DNA of 63,910 nucleotides, the filler included, from Atractiella rhizophila (taxonomy: Eukaryota), in NCBI GenBank assembly GCA_021432655.1. It is 5 parts of 4 records of this genome, joined end to end, with 100 filler letters (N's around TTAATTAATTAA, not from the genome) between each part and the next. Parts side by side here need not be neighbours in the genome. Positions count along the whole stretch, not along the records: positions 29,760 to 55,436 come from MU271183.1; positions 55,537 to 57,651 come from MU271200.1; positions 57,752 to 61,391 come from MU271203.1; positions 61,492 to 63,910 come from MU271205.1; 1 more part is not named here. One strand, given 5' to 3'. How positions within the stretch are numbered: the first letter of the stretch is position 1; each line of letters begins with the position of its first letter. The notes beneath the pieces are model-generated. The model did no database searches. It was given only the letters and a program-made list of their open reading frames with translations, and was not told the origin of the DNA. The position numbers and the translations under genes are program-made. Of this stretch, positions 49,235 through 62,715 are shown piece after piece.

Positions 49235-52200
49235 ATGGCGTCCAAGAAAGATGGAGAGAGTCATGTTGGTAGCTTCCTGCAGGATAAAACCACGGTTCTG
49301 CAGGAGGCAAGGGTTTTTAACGAGTCGTGAGTTTTCTGCGTTCTTGAGCATCGTGGGAAGGGGGCTCCAGTGGGCCAGTTCGTAAAACACACACAAGGAG
49401 AGAAGCGTAATGCCGTTGATTTGTAGTCTTTCGAAAAGGCGAAGAGTCCGTTGATTTACATCATCAATGTGGCATGACAGTGAGCAAAAGAGGCTGTTGG
49501 CAGTCCACGGAATAGACACTGCATCCCAGTTCTCTATGCGAGCCACTTATAGTCAGCCTTAGTCCAAATCCTTTGGTACACCACTGTGTCTGGATGGAAC
49601 TTGCACCGAATAAACGAGAATAGTGCTCTTGAGGACAGCAGATGGAATACCCAGCAAAGGATTGCCGTATAACGTACTGATGCTTCTCTTCTACAGTCCG
49701 ATTTCAGCGCGCAGATGTCGTATAGTACTCACCAAAATCATCTACCTCCTCTATGTCGGAGAGACCTTCAGCTCGCACGAAGCAACCACTCTTTTCTTCG
49801 GATGCACAAAGCTATTCCACCACAAGGATCCTTCACTTCGACAAATGGTCTATCTCGTCATCAAGGAACTCTCTAGCATGGCACAAGACGTCTTGATGAT
49901 CACGCAGTCGATATTGAAAGACATGCAATCGTCTCAAGAAGTAATTTATCGGCCAAATGCAATTCGAACACTGTGTAGGATTACGGATCCTTCGATGCTT
50001 ACGCCCCTTGAAAGATTCTTCAAATCCTTCATTGTGTCTCCCTACACCTCAATATCCTCCTCCGCTCTACTAGCAACCTACTATCTGTACCACACCTCCC
50101 CCGCATCCCGCGACCTCCTCAAACGCTGGACGGGAGAGATCCAAGAATCCATCCTCTCTACCCGCCAACCGCCGACTTCCATCCTGGGCAACTACTCTCC
50201 CTCCGTATCGAGTTTCTCAAGCTACCTCTCCGGCGTATCCCAATCGAGCTCCAGTCAGCAACAGGGACAATATCAGCCTGTACAGAGCACCAGCTGGATC
50301 GCACAGTACCACGCTCTTGGTACGCTCTGGGTATTGAGAGAGAAGGATCGGATGGCGGGAGTGAAGATGGTTCAACAGTTTTCGGGAAAGCAGAGTGCTG
50401 GAGGTGCGGGGACGGTGAGAAGCGCTTTGGGAGTGTGTATGATTGTGAGGATGGCGAGGAGGGTTGGAGAAGAAGATTCTAAGTGCGTTCACTTGCTTTT
50501 TTCTCTCTACTTCAGTGCTGGGGATATGGATTGATGGCGTCACGAATAGTCTGAGGAGACCGATGCTTGACCTCCTTGAAGGTTATTTGAGGCATAAAAG
50601 CGACAGCGTCAACTACGAAGCGGCACGCGCGATCTGTGAATTCAAAGCTGTACAACCGAACGAGCTCAACAGGGCTGTCTCCGGTTCGTCATCTTCCCCC
50701 TCCTGATTTCTCGCCAGCGCTAACAAAGCAGTGTATAGTCCTGCAGCTGTTCTTGAGCTCACCTAAAGCCGTTCTCAAGCTTGCGGCCATCAGGACGCTC
50801 AATAAACTCTCCGTTACCCACCCTGCCGTCGTTGCCAGCGCCAATTCGGAGATGGAGAAGCTCGTTAATGACGATAATCGCGGAGTTGCGATCTTTGCCA
50901 TCACAACTCTCCTCAAGGTTTGTCGTCACCTCATTGACAAAGCTGATCATTGATGGTCTCGATGTAGACTGGCTCTGAATCTTTCGTCGACCGCCTCATG
51001 AAACAAATCACATCCTTCTTCAGCGAGATCTCGGATGAGTTCAAGATCATTGTTGTCAAGGCTATCAAGACCCTGTGCCTCAAGTTTCCCGCTAAACATA
51101 GCGTCCTACTTGGTTTCTTGAGCGGTATCCTAAGAGATGAGGGAGGATATGAGTTCAAGAAAACCATTGTTGAGACCATCTTCGAGATGATTAGGAATAT
51201 CAAGGAGAGTAAGGACAATGGTGAGCGTTATCAGTCTTTCTTATTAGCGTACCTTAGTCTGACTGAAATGATTGACTTGTTCAGCTTTGGCTCAACTCTG
51301 CGAGTTCATCGAAGACTGTGAATTCACCAAGTTATCCGTTCGAATCCTGCACTTGTTGGGATATGAAGGTCCCCGATCTCCTCAACCATCCAAGTTCATC
51401 AGGTACATCTACAACCGTGTAATCCTCGAAAACTCCATTGTACGAGCTGCCGCCGTCTCCAGCCTCGCGAAATTTGGGATGGATGTATCCGATGATACTA
51501 CCAAGCGGAGCGTCGTCGTCTTGTTGAAACGATGCTTGATGGATACCGATGATGAGGTCAGGGACAGGGCGGCGCTTTATTTGAAGCTGCTGGAGAAGGA
51601 GAAGTTGGCGAAGGAATTCAAAGAAGACGGTGCGTCGACCCCGGTTTTTTTCCTTATTGGGAATCAGCTCTGATGGATAACTGGTCCTAGACTCTACCTA
51701 TTCACTCGCCGCACTCGAAAACTCGCTGGTGGGCTACATCTCGTCTGGCGCCGCGGCCACCGAAGTCTTCGACATCTCTTCTATCCCGCGCATGAGCAAA
51801 GAAGCGGCGCGGCTGGAAGTCTCACGAGCAGCGAATGTGCGAAGTGAAGCCGCAGGTTTGCTCGGTGGAATGTCGGTTTCAATGGAGAGTGAGGTAGAGG
51901 GTAAGGTCGAGAAGAGGGAAGAAGAGAGACCGAATGATTATGAGGAGGAATTGAAGAATATCCCTGAGTTCGAACCTTTCGGCAAGATTTTGAGAAGTGG
52001 AAAGGTTGTAGAGCTGACGGAGAGGGAGATGGAGTACGTCGTCAGTGTCGTGAAGCATGTCTTCAAGGAGCATGTCGTCTTCCAGGTTCGTCCGGTGCCC
52101 CTTCCTTGGTGTCTGGCAGAGAACTGACGATTGCAACACAACAGTTCAATATCAGTAATACCATCCCTGATACGGTGCTGGAGAACGTGTCTGTCATCAT

Positions 52201-52836
52201 GACACCATCGAACGACTCTCTCACGGAGAAGTTCATCATTCCCATCCCATCCCTCTCTTCCTCACCAGACACCTGCTACGTCGCATTCGACCGCACCGAT
52301 CCCTCATCCTATCCTTCTTGTTCATTCACGAATACGCTGAAGTTTGTCTCGAAAGAAGTTGATCCGTCATCCGGAGAACCAGAAGAGACTGGATATGAGG
52401 ATGAATACCCTATCGAGGAAGTCGAGGTTGGAGCGGGAGACTTCATTCAACCTAGTTATGCAGATTTCGCGAAGGAGTGGGATAGGTTCAGGACTGGTGC
52501 AGAGGTGAAGGACACATTCGAGCTAACGGAGATGAAGTCCCTCAAAGGTACGCTCATTCCCCATGTTTCCATAGGTGATTCTTGACGGATTCTTGTGTAG
52601 CGGCGTGCACCACCCTTATCGATCTGCTTTCCATGGAGGCATTAGGAGGCAGTGACAACCCGTCATCTGGCGCCGTACATACCCTTCAACTATCGGGAAT
52701 TGTTTGTGGAGGTGGTGGAAAGGTCCTTGCCAGGTGTAGGATGACCTTCTCAGCTGGAAGCGGCGTCACGATGGAGATGACCGTGAGGGGAGAAAAACCT
52801 GCCAGTGCTGCTCTTGTTTTGGGTGCCATCGGTTGA
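49235..52836 (+). CDS. SEC21: Coatomer subunit gamma; 370-nt first intron 49327-49696
   Basis: [74 protein letters not shown]. Confidence 0.95.
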
Positions 52837-53263
52837 TTGTTCTGAGACGGGATGGAAATGGATGGGGAAAGAAGAGCGATTAGGATAGATCAAAAGTATG
52901 ATCAATTGTTTTATTGCATCTGTGCAAATGGACTTGGTTTTAACGAATCAATTTTTCCGATAGTTTGCTTCATAGCGATAAGCGAGCTTTTGTGGATGGA
53001 TGACTGAGATCCACCACCTATACAAGAATGCTCTCCAAACGTGGCACTGATCAAGACGTTTACAAACGCGCACGGGCCCACACGGGATATTTGGAAGAAA
53101 CTAAGGGGCGTGTCAGGAGTACAAATTGAAAGGAAAAAAATGCAACGGATTTTGTCACTGGTTGCAACACCACTTGTCAACCACTCCGATTAGGTGTCAA
53201 AGCTTTATTCAAACGTGCCACTCTGGCTTCACCAGACAACCAAAATTTCGTCAGTGCAAACAC

Positions 53264-53640
53264 NNNNNNNNNNNNNNNNNNNNNNNNNNNNNNNNNNNNN
53301 NNNNNNNNNNNNNNNNNNNNNNNNNNNNNNNNNNNNNNNNNNNNNNNNNNNNNNNNNNNNNNNNNNNNNNNNNNNNNNNNNNNNNNNNNNNNNNNNNNNN
53401 NNNNNNNNNNNNNNNNNNNNNNNNNNNNNNNNNNNNNNNNNNNNNNNNNNNNNNNNNNNNNNNNNNNNNNNNNNNNNNNNNNNNNNNNNNNNNNNNNNNN
53501 NNNNNNNNNNNNNNNNNNNNNNNNNNNNNNNNNNNNNNNNNNNNNNNNNNNNNNNNNNNNNNNNNNNNNNNNNNNNNNNNNNNNNNNNNNNNNNNNNNNN
53601 NNNNNNNNNNNNNNNNNNNNNNNNNNNNNNNNNNNNNNNN
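53264..53640. other. Assembly gap (377 N)
   Basis: Run of N. Confidence 0.98.
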
Positions 53641-54622
53641 ACTTTCGAAATAAATGAAGCCACTGGTACCTCGTTCTCGAGATCACCTTCATGTTCTTCC
53701 ACGAGCACTTCCCGATGCTCAGGAACCTTCCAAACGATGCCTCCAGCCGAAAATTTGCGATCTCCATTCTTCCGTCGTTCGCGACTTATAACAGCAATTC
53801 AGGAGATGACATCTTCACCACAGAGAAATACAGCTCACAAGGATATTGATGTAAATGACACCTGATGTTTCGCCGCCAAAAGTTGAAAAATCGGTTCTGT
53901 TATTTCGGCCAGAATGGCTTGACCTTGCTCTTTCTCTGTGCAACCAGAGGAGAGGCACATTGATAATCCTTCAAGTGCACCTCTGAACTTGTTGCGCCTA
54001 ATATCAATGTGAGTTTCTGGGTCGGTAAGTTCCTCTAGCGTATGACGGGCGAAGTCGTCGACATATCCCTGCTCGTCTGATCCCTCTAGATCAGATAAAT
54101 TGGTTAAAGCAAATGGACTACTGTACCATGGGTCAGCTCAAAGTAACGAGCACCAAGAAGTTTCTGTAAGTCGACGCCAGGGAAGGGAACAGCGCGGCAA
54201 GATTTGACGTGATCTTCCGTCCAGTGCTCCACGTCAACTGCTCGCTCTTGTCGAGCATGATTGCGACTGTCAAAGGCAGGGAGATCTTCCACTCGAAGAG
54301 AGGTATATTCCTGCAGGAACGGATTTTGAAGCAATTGTTCATGGTCAAGCAGGTCAAAGCGCAAACTCGTCTGCCTCGGCGAAGGGAAGTGAATGGGTGG
54401 CACGGCAACTGCACGACTCTCCTGAGTCTGGATCTTCTCCCCCAAAACGTTTTCAACAGAATTGACCTTTTTATGTCGGGTCGCACCGTGAATCATCCCG
54501 TCGTTGTTGAAAAATGAAATCCGGGATGCTTTCTCAATCAAACGATCCAGAAGGTCCTGATTGCCCCCAATCAAGCTGTATGGCGACTCAGATGTTCCTG
54601 TGACGAAACCCATCAAACTCAC
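53641..54622 (-). CDS. Hypothetical protein fragment running into the gap
   Basis: 172-aa ORF plus downstream open exon-like segments (GYVDDFARHTLEEL..); no family recognised. Confidence 0.3.
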
Positions 54623-55436
54623 AAGTCAAGAATGAAAAGAGATGGTGCTACTTCCAATTCGGTAGGTTTCGTGGATTTGTAATGCTTTCTCGATCGAGAG
54701 AGGAGTAGCACGGTCTTTGACCCTGACGTCGAAAGTAATTCTGACTTCAGCGCAATCTAAAGAATTACGCATATATATATATATTATGCCTACTGGTAAG
54801 CTCTGTATAGTAGTGTCAGGGACGCGTGTAGTTACTATAGTCTTTCTGCTGGATGCAGCTCCTGTTCCCGTTGCTCTCTAATCAAATCGCATATGGCCGT
54901 AATTTTCGAGGGCTGATGAGGCAGAGATCAGGATTATGCCGTGCAAAGCAATGATCTAGCTCATCAAATAAGACGATGGGACAGTCATTGTTGTTCCTTT
55001 CTTTATGCTAGTTGTTCATTGTCCTTGTTGGCATGGCGCTGCGTGGCCCAGCAATTCAAAGGGCCCATTGAGATGGCATCGCTGTTTTAGTATATATAAC
55101 GTGGCCGTTCTGCGAGTGCCTCTGTCTACTCAAGCAAGGGGGAGTCAGCTGTTTCCATCTAGGGCTTTTTTGGTTGTACTAACGTAAGCAAGCTCAAACG
55201 CACCAACAAAGGCGTCAAGAAAACATAACAAAAAGTCCGAAATTTGGTGAAACTTGTTAGTTTAAGGAGTGAAGAGGATTTGTCTAGTTTCTGGAAGGTT
55301 GCCATCCAAGGTATCATCACAATCTGGAATTTGATGGTATATGCATGAATGTCAAGATTGTGTTTTTATTTAACCGCCTAACTTTTGCTTGACCAGACAG
55401 ATGGAACTTTCACCCTGCATTGATTTTTGGAAAGCA

Positions 55437-55536
55437 NNNNNNNNNNNNNNNNNNNNNNNNNNNNNNNNNNNNNNNNNNNNTTAATTAATTAANNNNNNNN
55501 NNNNNNNNNNNNNNNNNNNNNNNNNNNNNNNNNNNN
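55437..55536. other. Artificial contig spacer
   Basis: 44N-TTAATTAATTAA-44N. Confidence 0.95.
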
Positions 55537-56013
55537 GATGAGAGCAGCCCGATGCGTTTTGCTTGCCATGAGATAGTATTTGCAGTCGGTCGTAGTTTGA
55601 ATTCTTCTACTGGAAAGGTGAAAGTCATTATATACTTTATAGGCCGCGTTTGCGAGGCATCTGTCTTCGGCTAATTCGTACACCTGCTCGGTTGACAGAA
55701 AGATGATCGATGTCCCTCTAGAGCTCCTAGAGGACGAGGAAGAGAAAGTGGAGCAGGTGAGGATTTCTTACGCATCGTGCTCGGACTTTTTCTTCGTCGC
55801 CGCGCGCTTCTTCCCGCTCCTCGAGCAGGTGAATCGGAACCTGCACCACTTTCCTCCTCAACTCTTCGATGACAAATCAACTCGTCGTTAATGACCAAGA
55901 TACTAGGATGGTGTCGCCACAAACTGTTCTTTCCACGGCTTCTCTATTTCGCGTGAGGTATTGGTACAAACGGTCGGGGATTGTATTTACAAAACGTTGT
56001 ATAATCATGCTCT

Positions 56014-57651
<1,638 letters not shown>

Positions 57652-57751
57652 NNNNNNNNNNNNNNNNNNNNNNNNNNNNNNNNNNNNNNNNNNNNTTAAT
57701 TAATTAANNNNNNNNNNNNNNNNNNNNNNNNNNNNNNNNNNNNNNNNNNNN
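57652..57751. other. Artificial contig spacer
   Basis: 44N-TTAATTAATTAA-44N. Confidence 0.95.
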
Positions 57752-58622
57752 CTTGGGGGCGTTGGGACTTTGATACTGATGTCCTGGTCGGCTGGAGGAG
57801 GGTACGCGAAGGAGCCAAATTGCACTACTTGAACTTCCGATGGTCAGCCAGCATCCTGGACACCGGGAGAAACAAGATTTCGCACATCGATCCATAAAAT
57901 ATCCCCTTTCGAAAAGGTTCTAAACCTGGAGAGAGATGTTGCTTGTTTTGCAGACGTTTGGACTGCATTTTGCACGCCAAAACACGGGGCAAAATCGGAG
58001 CCAGTTTTCCACATGACCTTTTAAAAATCAACGACGACGACTTCGTCCTCTGCCTCTGCGATGCTCGACGTTGTAACAACGTTGATATTCAACAGAAACA
58101 AAGTAGAGAGCAAAGCACAGAGGTTACTATGCTGTCTCCAAAGTCTCAATTTCAGATCAGACAAGGTGTGTTGCTATTCTGTATTCTGTAGACCTTGACG
58201 GGGCTGTCAAAGTTGTTGAATCCATTCTGTCGACATAAACGCGTTCATAGAGCATGAAAACTGCATGAAAGCTTTGAGGATATGAAGTGCTTCCCTTTTC
58301 AAAATGCTTTTGGACTTGCCACGTCCGAAGTCAAATTTTAAATCCACCGAGATCTTAAGGCACTTGAGCATGGGACATTTCCCTCTTCTTTGGAGAGGAA
58401 GAAATGTTCCACCAGCCTTTCAAGCTGGTTGTTGCTCTTGTTCTGAGTCATAACCTCGGAATATCATTAACATCTTGACGCTCCACTCTGGGTCTTCTGC
58501 TGTCCTTTATGGAAGTTGGTAGCAGGACTGCCAGTGTGAGATGTGACATCCTAACATGTATTTCATATTTTCGATAAAAGGAATATAATGAAAACCGATG
58601 AATTCTTTCCTGTATTCCATAC

Positions 58623-60159
58623 TTATTTAAGGTATCGCGCAAGCGCGACAGCGGATAGACAGGTGACTACAGCAGCCCAAACGATTGGGGAAGTAAAGTT
58701 CATGAGACGCGCAAAGCTTTCCGCCGCCTGAGGTCCCATAACTCTCTTCAAATTGTCACTACTTTCTTGTGCCGCTGCCTTCGCTCTTTTCAGCATCTTC
58801 TTTTCGAATCCTCCGATGGCCTTCAGCAATACGGGAGCTAAATCTTCAGTGTCCCTTACGGTGTGAGTGGATATGGAGTCCAAACTATTCGCCAAGTCAA
58901 GAGCATCCGCCATGGCGAGGTTCACACCTTCTCCCGCGAAAGGACTCATGAGATGGGCACTGTCTCCTATGAGAGTTACCCCAGCTTGCGATTCCCATGT
59001 GGCGCCAATGGGGAGAGCGTAGATGCCGCGTTCGGAGAGCTCGTCTTCCGCCTCGTGAATCAGGCGAAGGGATTCTTCACACCATCCTTCGTATTCTTTC
59101 AGAAGCTCTTCTTTATTGGCTGATTATACGGTTAGGTAAGAAGATGCAGTTCGCCGAGCTTACAAGATCTCTCTGCTCCTGGTTGGTATGACGGAACAAT
59201 CGTCGCGCAATATACCTTCGTGTAATTACTCATCTGTGATGCAATGAGTCCCTAGGTAATGTTAGCTTGTTGACGAAGAATATCTGTCAACTGTTCACCT
59301 TTCCCTCCCCAAGGATGAAGGTCAGACCTGAGCTGACAAACGCTCGAGTCTGACTACTTGGTTTTGTGATGTTAACTTCTACAAACTGTACAAGACATTA
59401 GACTAATGAAATGAGAAGGGGAGTGGAATGGATACCTTGACGCCACTGAAAATAGGCTGCAGGTCATTCCCCAACAAAGAGCGGACTCTGGACCAAGCTC
59501 CATCAGCGCCAATTAGAACGTCGACTTCCTCGCTTGTCCCATCTTTGAAATCCAGAATATGCCTAAGCTGTGATCCTTCTGCTCGACGAGCAGACAGGAG
59601 GGATTTGTTCCAAACGATAGTTCCTTCGTTTAAACTGCGCAGCAGAATATCTCTCAACTGTGGCCTGAACCGGTCATTCTCAATAGAATGTTAATTGCAA
59701 ACCGAATTGAACTGACCTATCAATTTCTGGGCGGCCAAAAAAGCGACCCAGTAGAGGCTGCTTTTCGTCGTAATGCACCTTCCCGTTCTTATCCACAATC
59801 TTCATGCCTTGATCTTCGTATCTCGCAAGTTGCTTGAACTCTTCGAACAAGCCGCATGCCTTCAGCGCGGCCTGTCCAGAATTGACGTGAAGGTCTAAGC
59901 TTCCTCCCTGCGTACGTGACGATGAAGAGATTTCTCGCTCGTATATTTTGACTGCGTCCAAGTTCAAGGATGACAACAACAATGGGAGGAGAGAGTTCAA
60001 CATACCATCCGTGAATCCTTTCAGCTGCAGTAGCCGCGCGAGGGTCGTACCTGTAATTCTTTGTCAAATTGATAGGGCACGGCCGTGCCTGCGTAAAAGA
60101 AATCTACCAGCGGGACCAGCTCCCACAATTCGCACTCGCAAATCTCTGGCACTCAGCAT
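58623..60159 (-). CDS. FAD-dependent monooxygenase, TetX-like class A flavoprotein, multi-exon
   Basis: IVGAGPAG; IYERE..RTQGGSLDLH..SGQAAL..GLFEEF; RPEIDR; DVLIGADGAWSRVR; VTLIGDSAHLMSPFAGEGVNLAMADA. Confidence 0.9.
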
Positions 60160-60410
60160 CTCCAGTAAGTTAGTCCCTTGAAGTATTTACTATTGGTGGT
60201 ATCGATTGTTGATGCCTGAGACTTCGTCCTTCCCTTTTGTTTGCCTTGCCCACAGGCAGGTGACTCGGAATCCGACTCGACGTGGACTGAAGGACTGAAG
60301 TCCTAGTAGCGGTGTCCAGCCTTTGGAAAGGGAGCAAATGGTCGACTTTGGCCGCGCGAATACCACATTCCCGCAGTCTGAAGTGCCTGTAAATAGCAAC
60401 CGCGCAATCT

Positions 60411-60485
60411 GAAAGTCGAAAGTGCGAAAGTCGAGCCAGACCGCGTCTGGGCTTTTCGTGGCACTTTCGCACTTTTTCGACTTTT
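60411..60485. repeat. Long imperfect inverted repeat upstream of the TetX-like gene
   Basis: GAAAGTCGAAAGTGCGAAAGT ... ACTTTCGCACTTTTTCGACTTT with an inner CCAGAC-CGC-GTCTGG hairpin. Confidence 0.85.
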
Positions 60486-60974
60486 GAAAACACGCGTGAA
60501 CAATGCTAATCTCAGTTCTACAGTCCTAACTTAGCTCCAGACCTCCTCTCTTCCTCTCCTTTTCCACAGTCATGAGCACATCCGAGTCAGATCTCTATTA
60601 TCAACAAGTTCAGGGCGGAAGAGCATGGCAGCTCTTTAGTTTACAGTGTCATCAACATGTCTGAGATCTTTATATGAACAGAAGGTTGTAGAAACGGTGC
60701 GAGTTGGGCTGTTAAATCACAAATTCCGTGGTCACCGCGTTTGTGCAACTCCTGGTACCATTGAGGTCCCTCCAGTGAGGCAGGAACCTCTTCGGACTAT
60801 CCCAAGCACCATCCAATATCACGCTCTTTCGACTTTTCCATTTTCGAGATTCTCAAAGCCAGCGATATTTTGGACACCGCAAGTGAGGTGTAGAATAAGA
60901 AGACATCTTTGTCATTTCAGTCTGTACATGTGGCTCGTCGTGCATGAAATTCGAACTTGATTTTTGAAATACAA

Positions 60975-61391
60975 TTAACGGTTCAGAATCCACAGAGAGT
61001 AAGCTGAGAGAACCGCCCCAAGACCTCTGCATCAGGTGCGTCAATTCATCAACCATTCCCAAGGGGCAAAGAATGACATACCCAACAGCGGTAGCTATCT
61101 CCCTGGAAAGGCTGCCTTCGATAAAGCCAACACCAGCAGCAACGATATCAATGGCATCGGAAATCGCACAGATTTGTAACGCCCTCTGAATGACAACCCT
61201 GTTGCGATGTAATTAACAACGATTGCTTTATACAGCTAACTAGACTTACGAAGAGCTATCCCTCAAGAGGAGACCCAGACCAATTTCTCTCGCTCCGAAG
61301 AGTCTGAGGGCGAGGGTCAACTCCTCCGCTGCCAATAAACTATGTCAGCTCTCGCTCTCATCCTCCCGCAAGACGTACGTGACCCAGCTTT
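60975..61391 (-). CDS. DUF4267-like small membrane protein, 5' part lost in spacer
   Basis: Spliced LALRLFGAREIGLGLLL..ISDAIDIVAA..GLGAVLSAYSLWILNR*. Confidence 0.55.
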
Positions 61392-61491
61392 NNNNNNNNN
61401 NNNNNNNNNNNNNNNNNNNNNNNNNNNNNNNNNNNTTAATTAATTAANNNNNNNNNNNNNNNNNNNNNNNNNNNNNNNNNNNNNNNNNNNN
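61392..61491. other. Artificial contig spacer
   Basis: 44N-TTAATTAATTAA-44N. Confidence 0.95.
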
Positions 61492-61627
61492 GTTGAGGGG
61501 GCCGAAAGCTCTATCCATGATAGAGCTTTGGCATTTCAGACAGGAACACATGGAAGGAGAGCTGAGTACACATTCACACGTTCTAATAGAAAAATATGCC
61601 TGACGAATGCTGATATTCGCCGTCCAG

Positions 61628-62180
61628 TCGCGAACATGTTTCCATCCTAGTACTAAACGGGGAGCCTCTCTTCTTCCAACACTTCGACGGACCGTATTAC
61701 CCAACGCTCCGTTTACTCCACAAATGTAAATCTGCACATGTCTCGACTGGCTACTCCATTTAACTCTGGTGTACGCTTAGATCCCGATCTCCTGCCTAAA
61801 GTCCAAGTCGACACCGGCGCCATCAAATTCGTGCTTTCTGGCGCAAACATCATGTGGTCCGTACCGGACTTCTTCGTCTCTTCAGGTCGCCCCTAAGAAG
61901 TGGCGCAATAGTCCTGGCCTCTTGACACCAACAGCAAAACTCCCGGATGCACCTGGAGTACCTCAAGACACACCTGTAGCAGTAATGGCGTACGGTTCGT
62001 GCTTACTTTCGTTTCTTCCTTTCGCCTCCCGCTCAGACGGAGGGCATAGGAAAACAACATGCATGCGCGATTGGAAAAACGTTGATGAGTACTGAAGGAA
62101 TGAAGGAGTCACGGAAAGGCGTCGGAGTTGAGAATCTCAGTTGGGTAGGAGATGATTTATGGATGGTCAATAAGCTGTAG
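61628..62180 (+). CDS. TMA20: Translation machinery-associated protein 20 (MCTS1, PUA domain), 5' part lost in spacer; missed by the ORF track
   Basis: Spliced [72 protein letters not shown]...GDDLW. Confidence 0.9.
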
Positions 62181-62715
62181 TCGTGGGAAAAGAAGTAAAC
62201 TCGAGCAAAATGTAAAAAATAGACTGTTGTATTCCTTCGTTCAGCGCTGAGGACTGCATCACTTGTCAGTGATAAATAAGAGTATTCATTCCAACGGGAT
62301 CTATTGTAAACGACACGAAACAAACGACGAGAATTCCCAGGGCATGCACCTTCCAGATGCGCCAAAAGAAATCTGAGAACATCAAGGTAGGAACAATATG
62401 ACCTTTCAAACATTTCGAACATTGATTCAGGGAACAAACGCACCCGACAAAGGAAGAATGCGGCATGCAAACAAGGCAAGTTAACAATCACGAACGTGAA
62501 CACAGGGAAATTGAGACTGAATGTGCTGAAACGGGCTGAAAAGTTGATTTGTAACCGGGGCAGACTAATAATGCATGTGACATCAAAGCAATAGGGAACA
62601 AACGGAAATGAACGTATCGTGGCATCTCCTCCAGAGGAAGAGAGCAATGAAGCTGGAGAGCATGGTAAAAAAAAAAGTCGTGCATCGTGAGGAAGTTGAT
62701 TTTCGCTTCCGTTCC

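Noticed and set aside
843..49593. Shared CCAnnn(n)TGTCTGG word in the three long introns
   Set aside because: Short, degenerate and inconsistently oriented relative to the host genes; likely chance.
53126..53865. ORFs containing long X runs
   Set aside because: Artefacts of translating through the N gap.
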